A stretch of DNA of 64,000 bases from Kiritimatiellia bacterium (lineage in GTDB: Bacteria; Verrucomicrobiota; Kiritimatiellia; RFP12; UBA1067), in NCBI GenBank assembly GCA_051884915.1, contig JBJEWF010000020.1, positions 13,155 to 77,154 of the forward strand, given 5' to 3'. The notes under the pieces were generated by a model that had not been told where the DNA came from, did not search any database, and was given only the letters and a program-made list of their open reading frames with translations. The position numbers and the translations under genes are program-made. This document shows, piece by piece, positions 27,994 through 37,637 of this stretch. Numbering within the stretch: position 1 is the stretch's first letter; each line of letters starts with the position of its first letter.

Positions 27994-29598
27994 TTACATG
28001 CGCGTGTAGCGGGGACCGTCCCCACCTTGAGGGAACGTCCACTCTATATTACCATAGGGGCACTTGATCTTGCAAGTCTTGCAGTGGAGGCAGTTCGAGA
28101 AGTCGATCTGCAGGGCCGCTCCCGGTTCCCCGTCGCGGCGGTAGACCTCCGCCAGGCAGAACCGCGTGCACGGCGATCCGTATTTCTCCTCGCAGACCTG
28201 GCAGAGCGCCGCATCCCCGATTTTCAGATGGCACGGCTGGTCCTCCTCGTGGCGGGTGCCGCTCATGAACACGTCCGTCAGCCGGTCGGGCTGGACGGGG
28301 GAGGCCTCGACGGCATGCCGGCCCCTCTCGCGCGCCAGTTGCCCGGGCGCCAGCGGCTGCAGCGCCGCCGCGTCGCCCTCCGCGCAGCCCGGCACGCGGA
28401 ACCAGGGAATCTTCCCGTTGGTCAGCCATGCCAACGCCGCCGCCGCCACGCCGGAGGGCAGGCCGAAACTGAAGGCGGCGCGCACGTTCCGCACGCGCGC
28501 GATCTCCTTCCATCCCGGCGTCTGCTTCAGGCGCGCTTCATAGCGTTCGCCGACGTCATCGCCGGCCGCCTCGGCAATCGCCATCGCCGCCGCCACGCCG
28601 CTCTGGCAGGCGATATGGACGCCCTTGATGCGGAGCGAATCCAGCAGGCCCGCGCCATCGCCCACGATCAGGCAGCCCGGCACGTGCGTCTTGGGGATTG
28701 CGTAGAAACCGCCTTCGGGAATCACCTTCACGCCGTAGGCCACGGATTTCCCGCCCTTGATGTGCGGCGCCACGGCCGAAGAGGCCTTGAAGCGCTGGAA
28801 CAGGCGGAACGGCTCGATCTCCGCGCGCGCGTAGTCCAGCGCATAGGCGTAGCCCACCATCACCTGCGTCTCCGACACGTGATAGACGAAACCGCCGCCG
28901 TACGTGTTGAAGTCGGCCGGCCAGCCGAACGTGTGCATCGTCTCGCCGGCCGTCTGCGTTCCCGCCGGCACCTCGATCAGCTCCTTGACGCCCACGGCAT
29001 AGGTCGGCGGACGGACGCCCGCCAGCTTCCGCTCGGCAATCAGCCTGTCCGTCAGGATGCCGCATCCGCCTTCGGCCAGGACCACCGTCCCGGCGCGGAT
29101 CTCCTCGGAGGCCAGATAGTTGGACCGCCGGGCGCCATTCTTGTCGAGGCCCTTTTCGCCCGTCCGCGCGCCGACGACGCGCCCGTTCTCCTCGATCAGC
29201 GCCGTCACGGCATAGCCCGTGTAGATTTCCACGCCGGCCTTGGCCGCGAGGTCCGCCAGATACACGACCAGTTTCGTCAACGAGAGGAGCGGGAATCCCT
29301 TCGAGCTCATCATCGGCGGCACCCAGGGGATCTTCACCGACGCCGACTTCGTCAGCAGGCAGCGGAACGACTCCTTGACGACTTTCGCCTCGCACGGAAT
29401 CTGCTCGATCTCCGCGGCGCTCAGGAATCCGCCGAATCCGGACGGATCGACAATGGCGCCCGACAGAACGTGCGAACCCACGTTTCTGCCCTTTTCGAGG
29501 ACCACCACGCGCAGATCCGGTTTCTCGCGCTTCAGCTTGATGGCCGCCGCCAGCCCTGCCGGCCCCGCGCCCACAACCAGTACGTCCGTCTTAATCAT
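27994..29598 (-). CDS. ETF:quinone oxidoreductase (FixC-like FAD domain fused to Fe-S domain)
   Basis: VGAGPAGL, SHVLSGA, KVIPEGG, GDGAG..RIKGVH, H.EDQPCHL, CLHCKTC, GDGPRY. Confidence 0.9.
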   Translation of the reverse strand: MIKTDVLVVGAGPAGLAAAIKLKREKPDLRVVVLEKGRNVGSHVLSGAIVDPSGFGGFLSAAEIEQIPCEAKVVKESFRCLLTKSASVKIPWVPPMMSSKGFPLLSLTKLVVYLADLAAKAGVEIYTGYAVTALIEENGRVVGARTGEKGLDKNGARRSNYLASEEIRAGTVVLAEGGCGILTDRLIAERKLAGVRPPTYAVGVKELIEVPAGTQTAGETMHTFGWPADFNTYGGGFVYHVSETQVMVGYAYALDYARAEIEPFRLFQRFKASSAVAPHIKGGKSVAYGVKVIPEGGFYAIPKTHVPGCLIVGDGAGLLDSLRIKGVHIACQSGVAAAMAIAEAAGDDVGERYEARLKQTPGWKEIARVRNVRAAFSFGLPSGVAAAALAWLTNGKIPWFRVPGCAEGDAAALQPLAPGQLARERGRHAVEASPVQPDRLTDVFMSGTRHEEDQPCHLKIGDAALCQVCEEKYGSPCTRFCLAEVYRRDGEPGAALQIDFSNCLHCKTCKIKCPYGNIEWTFPQGGDGPRYTRM

Positions 29599-30815
29599 TT
29601 CTCAAGCTCCTTGACGAGTGCGGGGAGAATCTCGAACAGATCGCCGACGATGCCGAGATCGGCCACGCCGAAAATCGGCGCGTTCGGATCGGAGTTGACC
29701 GCGACGACCGTATCGGCCCCGCGGATGCCCTCCAGGTGCTGGATCGCCCCCGAAATGCCGAAACAGAGATAGAGCTTCGGCGCCACCGTCTTGCCGGTCT
29801 GTCCGACCTGCCGCGCCACGGGCGCCCAGCGCGCGTCCACGCAGGCGCGCGAACAGGCCACTTCGCCTCCCAGCAGTTCGGCCAGGCGGAACAGCAGCCT
29901 GAAATTCTCCTCCTTCTTCAGCCCGCGCCCGCCGGCGACCAGAATGTCATGGGCGGCAATGTCGATGGCGGCGGGATCGGCGGTCTTCTTCAGCAGTTTC
30001 GTCCGCGGCGCCATCAGCTTCAGCGTCTCCGCCAGGATCTGTCCCGTCCGGCTGGCGTCCGGAGGCGCCTTCTTGAAGACCTTCGGCCGCACCGTCGCCA
30101 TCTGGGGACGGTGGTTCGGCGTCATGATCGTCGCCATGATGTTGCCGCCGAAGGCCGGGCGCGTCTGATGCAGCAGCATTTGCGTCTCGCCCGTGTCCTT
30201 GTTCGGCGTCCGCTCGATTTTCAGCATCGTGCAGTCGGCGGTCAGTCCCGTGCGGACCTTCACCGCCACGCGGGCGAAGAACGCGCGGCCCACGGCCGTC
30301 GCGCCCGCGAGAATCACCTCGGGCCGGTACTTGACCACGAGCTGGCTCACCGCATCGACATAGACGTTCGCCTCGTAGACCGCCACGTTCGGATCGTCGA
30401 CGACATGGACGACATCGGCGCCGGCGGCGATCAGGCTCCGTTTCACCGCCTCGGAAAGGCCGCTTCCCAGCAGCACCGCGCAGAGCCTCGTCCCGGCGCC
30501 GCGCTGCGCCTTCAGCTCCAGCCCCTTCGCGAGCAGCTCGAACGCCACCTCGGCGACCACGCCCTGGTTCTGCTCGGCGAAGACCCAGATGTCCCTGTAC
30601 TGCCCGATGTTTTCCGTTCCGCAGACCTTCCGCTTCGTCTCGGCTATCGCCTTGAACGGGCAGGCCTTCACGCAGGCGCCGCAGGCCCTGCAGGCCGCCG
30701 GATCGACTTCCGCCAGCCTGCCGACCATCTTCAGGGCGCCAAACCCGCATCCCCTCACGCAGGCGCCGCACCCCTTGCACAGCCCGGGGTCGATGAAAAC
30801 CGGAGCGTCCGCCAT
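29595..30815 (-). CDS. etfA: electron transfer flavoprotein alpha with N-terminal 2x[4Fe-4S] ferredoxin domain
   Basis: CKGCGACVRGC and CRACGACVKACP; GLTADCT, RPAFGGN, RPQMATVR, QVGQTGK, GISGAIQH. Confidence 0.95.
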   Translation of the reverse strand: MADAPVFIDPGLCKGCGACVRGCGFGALKMVGRLAEVDPAACRACGACVKACPFKAIAETKRKVCGTENIGQYRDIWVFAEQNQGVVAEVAFELLAKGLELKAQRGAGTRLCAVLLGSGLSEAVKRSLIAAGADVVHVVDDPNVAVYEANVYVDAVSQLVVKYRPEVILAGATAVGRAFFARVAVKVRTGLTADCTMLKIERTPNKDTGETQMLLHQTRPAFGGNIMATIMTPNHRPQMATVRPKVFKKAPPDASRTGQILAETLKLMAPRTKLLKKTADPAAIDIAAHDILVAGGRGLKKEENFRLLFRLAELLGGEVACSRACVDARWAPVARQVGQTGKTVAPKLYLCFGISGAIQHLEGIRGADTVVAVNSDPNAPIFGVADLGIVGDLFEILPALVKELEK

Positions 30816-31621
30816 CACTTCACCAGTCCTTTCTTCGTCAGGAAGTCGACGATCGCGCGGGCGCCCGCCGCCCCGTCTCCCCGCGCGTCGACCTTCGCGC
30901 CCCCGCCTTTGGATGGCGGCGGAAAGATCGCGACGACCTTGGTGGGCGAACCCGTCAGGCCGATGCGGGCCGGATCGGCGCCAATCGCCTTTTCGTCCAG
31001 CACGGTCACGTCCGTCCGCGCCGCGCGCATCGCGCCGGCCAAAGGCGCGAAGCGCGGCGTCGACGCCTCCTTCAGCACCGTCATCACCGCCGGGAACGTC
31101 CCCTCGACGACCTGTTCGCCGTCGTCCATCACCGTCGTCACCGTATAGGCCGACGACCCGGGCGCGACCGACAGGCTCTTCACGTAGGTCACGAGGGGGA
31201 CGTCCAGGAATTCGGACACGCCCGGTCCCACCTGGGCCGTGTCGCCGTCGATGGCCTGCTTCCCGAAGAGAACCAGATCGGGAATCGCGCCGTCGCAGAT
31301 CTTCCGGATGCCCATTGCGAGCGTATAGGACGTGGCCAGGGTGTCCGCGCCGCCAAAGGCGCGGGAGGACAGCAGGAACGCATCGTCCGCGCCCCGCGCC
31401 AGCGCCTCCTTCAGGACGACCGCCGCCTGGGGCGGTCCCATCGAAACGGCCGTCACGCGGGCGCCCGCGGCGTCTTTCAGCCGCAGGCCTTCCTCCAGCG
31501 CGTATTCGTCAAACGGATTGACGATCGACTCGACGCCCTCGCGCATGAGGGTGTTGGTCTTCGGATTGATCCGGACATTGGTCGTGTCCGGGACTTGCTT
31601 GAGGCAAACGACGACGTGCAT
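30815..31621 (-). CDS. etfB: electron transfer flavoprotein beta (FixA-like)
   Basis: CLKQVPDT, NPFDEYA, GADTLATS, GKQAIDGDTAQVGP, GSPTKV. Confidence 0.95.
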   Translation of the reverse strand: MHVVVCLKQVPDTTNVRINPKTNTLMREGVESIVNPFDEYALEEGLRLKDAAGARVTAVSMGPPQAAVVLKEALARGADDAFLLSSRAFGGADTLATSYTLAMGIRKICDGAIPDLVLFGKQAIDGDTAQVGPGVSEFLDVPLVTYVKSLSVAPGSSAYTVTTVMDDGEQVVEGTFPAVMTVLKEASTPRFAPLAGAMRAARTDVTVLDEKAIGADPARIGLTGSPTKVVAIFPPPSKGGGAKVDARGDGAAGARAIVDFLTKKGLVK

Positions 31622-31707
31622 GGAGGCTCCTGGCTGTCAACTGATCCGACAGGCCGAATCGCCGGTTTCCCGGGGCTTCCCGCCCCGCCGACCCGGCGGA
31701 TCGGCCG

Positions 31708-32907
31708 CTACTGCGCGCTGAAACGGTATTCCGTCCGCGAACGGAACGTCTCGCCCGGGCGGAGCACCGTGGACGGGAACTCCGGATGGTTCGGCGAATC
31801 CGGGAAGTGCTGCGTTTCGAGCGCCACGCCGGCGTACTGGCAGAGATGCCGGCCCGCGGCCTTGGCGGGCAGCTCGTCCGTCATGTTCTGCGCGCCGTAC
31901 ATCTGCATGCCGGGTTCGGTCGTCCAGATCTCCAGCTTGCGGCCGGAAACGGGATCGCGCAGCGTGCAGGCCGGCTTGAGTTCGCCCGGCTTGCCGCGCA
32001 GCACGAAGTTGTGGTCGTACCAGTTGTCCATCGGCGCGAGCGACGCATCGGCTTTCATCAGATCGGCCCTGGCCCCGATGGCGCGCGGCTCCGTGAAATC
32101 GAATCCCGTGCCCTTCACCGGCGCATGGGACGTGGGAATCAGGCCTTCCGTCGTCTTCGTGTACGCGTCGGCGAAGATCTGAAGCTCCTGGCCGAGCACG
32201 TTGCCGCTCGACTCGCCCGCCATGTTCCAGTAGGAATGGTGCGTCAGGTTCAGCACCGTCGGCTTGTCCGTCGTGGCCTCGTAGTCGATCGTCCACGTGT
32301 TGTCCGGCAGAACCCTGTAGGTGACCTTGCACGTCACCGTGCCCGGGAAGCCCATTTCGCCGTCCGCGGAGACATAGGTCAGTTCGAGCCCGGGGACGCC
32401 TTTCTCGTGAATCGGCTTTGCCTTCCACACCTTCTTGTCCCAGCCGTCGGGGCCGCCATGGAGGTTGCAATGCCGCTTGGCCTTGTTCTCGTTGATCGGC
32501 AGCTGGTATTCCTTGCCGTCGATCTTGAACTTGCCGTCGGCGATGCGGTTGCCGAAACGGCCGATGAGCGTGCCCATCGAGAAGCCGAACGTCTCGTATT
32601 CCTCCGGCGTGTTCCAGCCCAGCGTCACGTCGGCGAGATTGCCGAACTTGTCCGGCGCGTAGCAGCGCACCAGGCGCCCGCCGTAGTCGGAAATCTCGAC
32701 CGTCAGGCCGCCCTTGCCCTGCAGCCGGTAGAGTTTCACCACCTGCCCGTTGGCAAGCTTGCCGAACGGCCGGATCCGCCGTCCCAGCTGTCCGTGCGCC
32801 TTCGTCGCGGCCCGGCCGCACGCGGCGGACGCATCGTTCTTGGCGAAGCACAGGCCCGCGGCCGTCACGGCGCAGGCGAGAGTCATCATGGTTTTCATGT
32901 CTTTCAT
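31708..32907 (-). CDS. galM: aldose 1-epimerase (mutarotase) with signal peptide
   Basis: GRFGNRI, LHGG, NLTHHSYWN, YDHNF, ETQHFPD. ATG 32907 overlaps the GtrA stop; alternative ATG 32898. Confidence 0.93.
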   Translation of the reverse strand: MKDMKTMMTLACAVTAAGLCFAKNDASAACGRAATKAHGQLGRRIRPFGKLANGQVVKLYRLQGKGGLTVEISDYGGRLVRCYAPDKFGNLADVTLGWNTPEEYETFGFSMGTLIGRFGNRIADGKFKIDGKEYQLPINENKAKRHCNLHGGPDGWDKKVWKAKPIHEKGVPGLELTYVSADGEMGFPGTVTCKVTYRVLPDNTWTIDYEATTDKPTVLNLTHHSYWNMAGESSGNVLGQELQIFADAYTKTTEGLIPTSHAPVKGTGFDFTEPRAIGARADLMKADASLAPMDNWYDHNFVLRGKPGELKPACTLRDPVSGRKLEIWTTEPGMQMYGAQNMTDELPAKAAGRHLCQYAGVALETQHFPDSPNHPEFPSTVLRPGETFRSRTEYRFSAQ

Positions 32908-33398
32908 CCTTTGAATATGAAATGCTTGCGAGCGAAAAAGTTGACGAGGAACGACACGACGACCTCGACCAGAACGGCCAGGGTCGTCATCATTCCCGCA
33001 TAGTGGATGAGCAGCTTCATCACGCCGAGGGCGACCGCCGTGGCGAACGTCGCCATCCCGAAGAACATGCCGAACTCCGCGTACCACCTGAATTTCCCCG
33101 GCTTGAACACGAACCGGCGGTTCATCAGCCAGCAGAAGACGTTGGCGCACGCGAAACCCACGGCCGTCGCCGCGCAGGCGCGGACGGACCGGACGGCGTC
33201 CGACACCTCGACGGCGGGCAGATGCGCGAAACGCACCGCCCAGTCGTCGGGAGTCAGGCACTTCAGGCACGTCGCGGCCAGGGCGTAGAAGATCCCCGTC
33301 TGCACGCCTGTCGCCAATACGCCGATCGCGCCGTACTTGACGAACTGCTCGAACGGCGTGCATCCATGCGACAGAAAACGCTTCAGGGACTGTCTCAT
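32904..33398 (-). CDS. GtrA family membrane protein
   Basis: QFVKYGAIGVLAT, NRRFVF, NFFARKHFIF; four TM segments. Confidence 0.85.
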   Translation of the reverse strand: MRQSLKRFLSHGCTPFEQFVKYGAIGVLATGVQTGIFYALAATCLKCLTPDDWAVRFAHLPAVEVSDAVRSVRACAATAVGFACANVFCWLMNRRFVFKPGKFRWYAEFGMFFGMATFATAVALGVMKLLIHYAGMMTTLAVLVEVVVSFLVNFFARKHFIFKG

Positions 33399-33412
33399 CG
33401 GCTCTCCGGCGA

Positions 33413-34249
33413 TCAGCCCAGAAGTTCGTTGACCTTCTTCATCACCTCGAACGCGTCCGCCACGTAGAGGACGTCCGCCTTGCCCTGCGCCCAGCCGCAA
33501 TTCGCGTCGAGGTTCACGGCGCGGCGCTCCGCGATGAACCGCCAGCCGACCACGTGCGGCTCCTCGCCATGGCAGCAGGTCGCGAGGCCCTTGGCGTGAC
33601 GCGGCGTCGAACCCGTCTGGCCGACCTGGTTCATGTGGCTCATGAACGAAAACGCCTGCGCGGCCTCCGGCATGTCCACGAGGGACTTGGACGAACCGAG
33701 CGAGGCGCCGCTCTTCCCGAGGAAATCCGTGATCGTCGCCGCGGCGACATCGAGATGCGCCGCGCCGTCGGCCTGCTTCTTCGTCCAGCCCGCTCCCGCC
33801 ACAAAGAGCAGCTGCGCGTCCGGCTTGACCGTCGAGGCGCCGCCGCGACCGGCCGCCACGACGCCATTCGCCGTCGTCCGGGACGGCTGGGATGCGGCGA
33901 GGTCGGGAACGAGCGGCGTCACGCCGAGCTTTGCGCAGATCTCGCCGAAGAGCGACGGGTCGGTCGCCACCACCCACGGCTTCGCCGTCCGCGTGAACGT
34001 CGTCAGGATGCGCTGGCGGTAGGCCCAGCGCTGGACCGTGGCCGTTTCGCCCGCGATCGCCACGTCGACGACGTTGGTGTCGATTTCCGCGCCCGCACGG
34101 AGCGCCGCCGCCGGCATGGCGCGCTTCACGCGCGAGTTGCCCGGCACCAGAATCAGATCGGCCGCCGCCCCCTGAATCGCCGCCGCGAACGCGGGAACGT
34201 CCTGGGAATACGTGCCGTTTCCTTCAATCACAAATGCTTTGACGACCAT
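33413..34249 (-). CDS. divergent electron transfer flavoprotein alpha
   Basis: GASLGSSKSLVD, QVGQTG, AVNLD..ADVLYVADAFEV recognisable, but other motifs are altered. Confidence 0.8.
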   Translation of the reverse strand: MVVKAFVIEGNGTYSQDVPAFAAAIQGAAADLILVPGNSRVKRAMPAAALRAGAEIDTNVVDVAIAGETATVQRWAYRQRILTTFTRTAKPWVVATDPSLFGEICAKLGVTPLVPDLAASQPSRTTANGVVAAGRGGASTVKPDAQLLFVAGAGWTKKQADGAAHLDVAAATITDFLGKSGASLGSSKSLVDMPEAAQAFSFMSHMNQVGQTGSTPRHAKGLATCCHGEEPHVVGWRFIAERRAVNLDANCGWAQGKADVLYVADAFEVMKKVNELLG

Positions 34250-34253
34250 GGCT

Positions 34254-35054
34254 TCAACCCCTCATCCATTCCACGATTTCCTGCGCAACCGCCTCGACCG
34301 GCAGATCCTTCTTGACGACCGTGTCGCGTTTGGCGGACGGGACTTCCGTCTTCACGTAGGCGATGCCGCCCACGCCGACGGCGGCGGCCGGCGCCTTCAT
34401 CAGCGCCGGCATCAGGCCGCGCATGTTCATCATGCCCACCTGCGGATTGTTCGGCGGTTCGGGCAGACTGCCCGTCGCCCAGCCGATGGCCGCGGGGAAG
34501 CCCGCGCAGGTGGAGGACAGATACTGGCCCCCTTCAATGCGCTCAAGCACGGAAAACGAATCGTCGTCCGCCACCTTCAGCTCGTCCACGGCCATGAAAA
34601 ATTCGGTGATGCCCAGTTTCTCCGCCACGAACTGCAACGTGACGCCCGCATCGCGCGAAGCGCTCGCGCATCCGCCGAACAGCAGGTCCGGCGGTTCGGG
34701 CAGCGTCCCGATCGCCTTCGCGAGTTCGGCCGCCGTCTGCTTCGCATCCGTAAAGCCGCCCGCCGGCGCGTTGACCGCCACGAGCTGGAACGGCGCCTTC
34801 TGCGCGACCGTCATCATCAGCTGCTGCAGCTTCGCCTTCGGCCCCAGGGCCACCAGCGTCACTTTCGAGCCCGCCCGGGCCTTCGCCAGGGCGGCCGCCT
34901 CGTACAGCGCGCACGCCGCCCACGGATCCAGCACGCTCGGCAGCATCTGCTCGTTCTTCAGGCCGGGCCCCTGCGGCGTCTGCACCGGCTCCAGCGTCTG
35001 CAGCGGATCCGGCACCAGCGAACCGCATACCACGATATTCAACGGTTTTCCCAT
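34254..35054 (-). CDS. divergent electron transfer flavoprotein beta
   Basis: IVVCGSLVPD, LDPW..ALYEA, VALGP, ERIEGG; paired with the etfA-like gene. Confidence 0.78.
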   Translation of the reverse strand: MGKPLNIVVCGSLVPDPLQTLEPVQTPQGPGLKNEQMLPSVLDPWAACALYEAAALAKARAGSKVTLVALGPKAKLQQLMMTVAQKAPFQLVAVNAPAGGFTDAKQTAAELAKAIGTLPEPPDLLFGGCASASRDAGVTLQFVAEKLGITEFFMAVDELKVADDDSFSVLERIEGGQYLSSTCAGFPAAIGWATGSLPEPPNNPQVGMMNMRGLMPALMKAPAAAVGVGGIAYVKTEVPSAKRDTVVKKDLPVEAVAQEIVEWMRG

Positions 35055-35095
35055 CTCATCTCCTTTTTGTCGGTCAAAAGTTCCAACCCGGCTCC

Positions 35096-35107
35096 ATTAT
35101 AGCAAAA
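35096..35107 (-). promoter_or_regulatory. extended -10 promoter element upstream of the second ETF operon
   Basis: TTTTGCTATAAT, followed by an AAGGAG RBS before the ATG. Confidence 0.65.
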
Positions 35108-35126
35108 ACGCCCCATTCGCGCCGCG

Positions 35127-37607
35127 TCAGCCGAACAGCGACATCTGGCCGGGAAGATCGGAAAGTTTCTTGCGCGGCCGGCGGACGAGTTTGGGCGCGT
35201 CGACGTCCAGCTCGTTCGCCTCAAGGTTCTTGAGAATCTGGTCGGCGCGGTCCACGACGGCATGCGGCAGTCCCGCCATCGCCGCGACGTGGATGCCGAA
35301 GCTCTTCTCCGCGATGCCCGGCACGATCCGGCGCAGGAACGCGATCCGTCCCACGTCCTCCTTCACCCGCACCGTCCAGTTCCTGACGCCCGGGAACCTG
35401 TCCGCGAGATCGGTCAATTCGTGATAGTGCGTGGCGAAAAGCGTCTTCGCCTTCACCTTCGGGTTCTCATGCAGATACTCGGCCACCGACCAGGCGATGG
35501 AGATGCCGTCGAACGTCGAGGTTCCGCGCCCGATTTCATCGAGCACGATCAACGACCGCGGCGTCGCGTTGTTCAGGATGTTCGCGCACTCCTGCATTTC
35601 GACGAGGAACGTCGAGCGCCCGCGGCTCAGGTCGTCGCCCGCGCCAATCCGCGTGAAGACGCGGTCGAGCGCGCCGAGACGCATGGACGCGGCCGGCACG
35701 AACGACCCCGCCTGCGCCATGATGGCGATTGTGGCCACCTGGCGGATGTAGGTCGACTTGCCGGCCATGTTCGGCCCCGTGATCAGCATCACCTGATCCG
35801 TCGTGCAGTTCAGCTTCGCCGAATTGGGGACGAACGGTTCGGCATCCGGCAGCTGCTCGATGATCGGATGGCGGCCGTCGACGATGTCCAGCACGTCCGA
35901 ATCGTCCACGCGCGGCCGCACGTAGCCGGCCGCCAGCGCGCGGTCGGCGAACGACAGGAGCGCATCGAGTTCGCCCAGGGCGGAGGCCGTCCGCTGGATG
36001 GACGCCGTCCGCCGCGCCACGTCGGCGACAATCGCCCGGAAGATCTCCAGCTCCAGCGCGAACGACTTGTCCTGCGCGCCGAGCACCTTCTGCTCGTATT
36101 CCTTCAGTTCCGCCGTCGTGAAGCGCTCGACGTTCGTCAGCGTCTGGCGGCGCTCGTATTCCGGCGGCACGGACGCGGCCGCGGCCTTCGAGATCTCGAT
36201 GTAGAATCCGAAAACGGAATTGCGGCGGACGCGCAGCGTCCTGATGCCCGTGCGCGCCACCTCTTTCGCCTGGTACGCGGCAATCCACCGGTGGCCCGCC
36301 GTGGCGACGTTCCGGAGCTCGTCCAGGCCGGCGTCGTAGCCCGGCGCGATCAGATTGCCCTCGGAGAGCAGCACGTTCGGATTCTCGGCGATGGCCCGGT
36401 CGATCAGGTCGACGACCGCCTGCTCCGGCGAAAGCCGCGCGGCGAGATCCCGCAGGGCGGTCGCCGGCAGCGGCTCGACGCCCGCGCGAAGATCCGGCAC
36501 CGGACGCAGCGAAGCCGCAAGCGCCTTCAGATCGCGCGCATTCGCCCGCCCCGAATCGACCTTGGCGATCAGCCGTTCCAAATCGCGGACTTCGCCCAGG
36601 CGGCACCGCAGCGACGAGAGGCGCAGCCGGTCCCCGACAAGCGTCTCCACGGCGTCCAGCCGCGCGTTGATCGCCGCCGGCTGGCGCAGCGGCTGGCGGA
36701 TCCAGCCCGCCAGCAGACGCGACCCCATCGGCGTTTTCGCGACGTTCAGGACGCCCAGCAGCGAGGCCTCGCGCGAAACGCCGTCGCCCGGCAGCAGGGC
36801 CAGGTGGCGGATCGTCCCGGCGTCGAGCGCGAGGAAGTCGTCCGACTCCCGCAACCGCAGCGTCCGGATGTGGGCGACGGCGTGGCGCAGCGTCGTGTGC
36901 ACGTAGTGGAGCAGCGCGCCCGCGGCACACACCAGATCGCCGCGATCCCTCTCCTTTGTCGACTCCAGGCCAAATCCGTCCAGGGCCGTCACGTTGAAAT
37001 GGCGCAGCAGCTCCTCGCGCGCCGCATCGGGCGCGAACGTCCAGGCGTCCGCGTACGTCGTCTTCTCCGGCAACGCCCCCTCGTCCCCTTCGGGGCGCGG
37101 CCGCACGATTTCCGCCGGCCGATACCGCGCCAGCGCGTCGTCGAGCTTCTCCGGCGAAGCGAAACCCTCCACGACGAATTCGCCCGTCGACAAATCCAGC
37201 AGCGCCAGCCCCAGTCCCGACACGGCGGAAACGTAGGTGTTGACGTTCGCGTCAAGAAGGCCGTCCTCGGTGATCGTGCCGGGCGTCACGATGCGCGTGA
37301 CCTCCCGGCGGACGATCTGCCCCTTCTTCACGAGCCGCGGATCCTCCATCTGGTCGCAGATGGCGGCCGTCTTGCCGGCCCGGATGAGCTTCGCCAGATA
37401 GGCGTCGAGCGCGTGGTACGGCACGCCGCAGAGAGGCTGGCCGGCGCGCTGCGTCAGCGTGGCGCCCAGAATCGGCGAGGCCGCGACGGCGTCCTCGCCG
37501 AACATCTCGTAGAAATCCCCGAGGCGGAACATCAAGATCGCGCCCGGCGGCAGCCCGCGCTTGATCGCGCGATACTGACGCTGCATGGGAGTCAGCTCTT
37601 CAGCCAT
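35127..37607 (-). CDS. mutS: DNA mismatch repair protein MutS
   Basis: LTPMQRQY, GDFYEMF, TGPNMAGKST, STFLVEM, DEIGRGTS, ATHYHEL; C-terminal QMSLF clamp motif. Confidence 0.98.
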   Translation of the reverse strand: MAEELTPMQRQYRAIKRGLPPGAILMFRLGDFYEMFGEDAVAASPILGATLTQRAGQPLCGVPYHALDAYLAKLIRAGKTAAICDQMEDPRLVKKGQIVRREVTRIVTPGTITEDGLLDANVNTYVSAVSGLGLALLDLSTGEFVVEGFASPEKLDDALARYRPAEIVRPRPEGDEGALPEKTTYADAWTFAPDAAREELLRHFNVTALDGFGLESTKERDRGDLVCAAGALLHYVHTTLRHAVAHIRTLRLRESDDFLALDAGTIRHLALLPGDGVSREASLLGVLNVAKTPMGSRLLAGWIRQPLRQPAAINARLDAVETLVGDRLRLSSLRCRLGEVRDLERLIAKVDSGRANARDLKALAASLRPVPDLRAGVEPLPATALRDLAARLSPEQAVVDLIDRAIAENPNVLLSEGNLIAPGYDAGLDELRNVATAGHRWIAAYQAKEVARTGIRTLRVRRNSVFGFYIEISKAAAASVPPEYERRQTLTNVERFTTAELKEYEQKVLGAQDKSFALELEIFRAIVADVARRTASIQRTASALGELDALLSFADRALAAGYVRPRVDDSDVLDIVDGRHPIIEQLPDAEPFVPNSAKLNCTTDQVMLITGPNMAGKSTYIRQVATIAIMAQAGSFVPAASMRLGALDRVFTRIGAGDDLSRGRSTFLVEMQECANILNNATPRSLIVLDEIGRGTSTFDGISIAWSVAEYLHENPKVKAKTLFATHYHELTDLADRFPGVRNWTVRVKEDVGRIAFLRRIVPGIAEKSFGIHVAAMAGLPHAVVDRADQILKNLEANELDVDAPKLVRRPRKKLSDLPGQMSLFG

Positions 37608-37637
37608 GGCGGCATCCTTGACGGGAACGGCCTGCGC

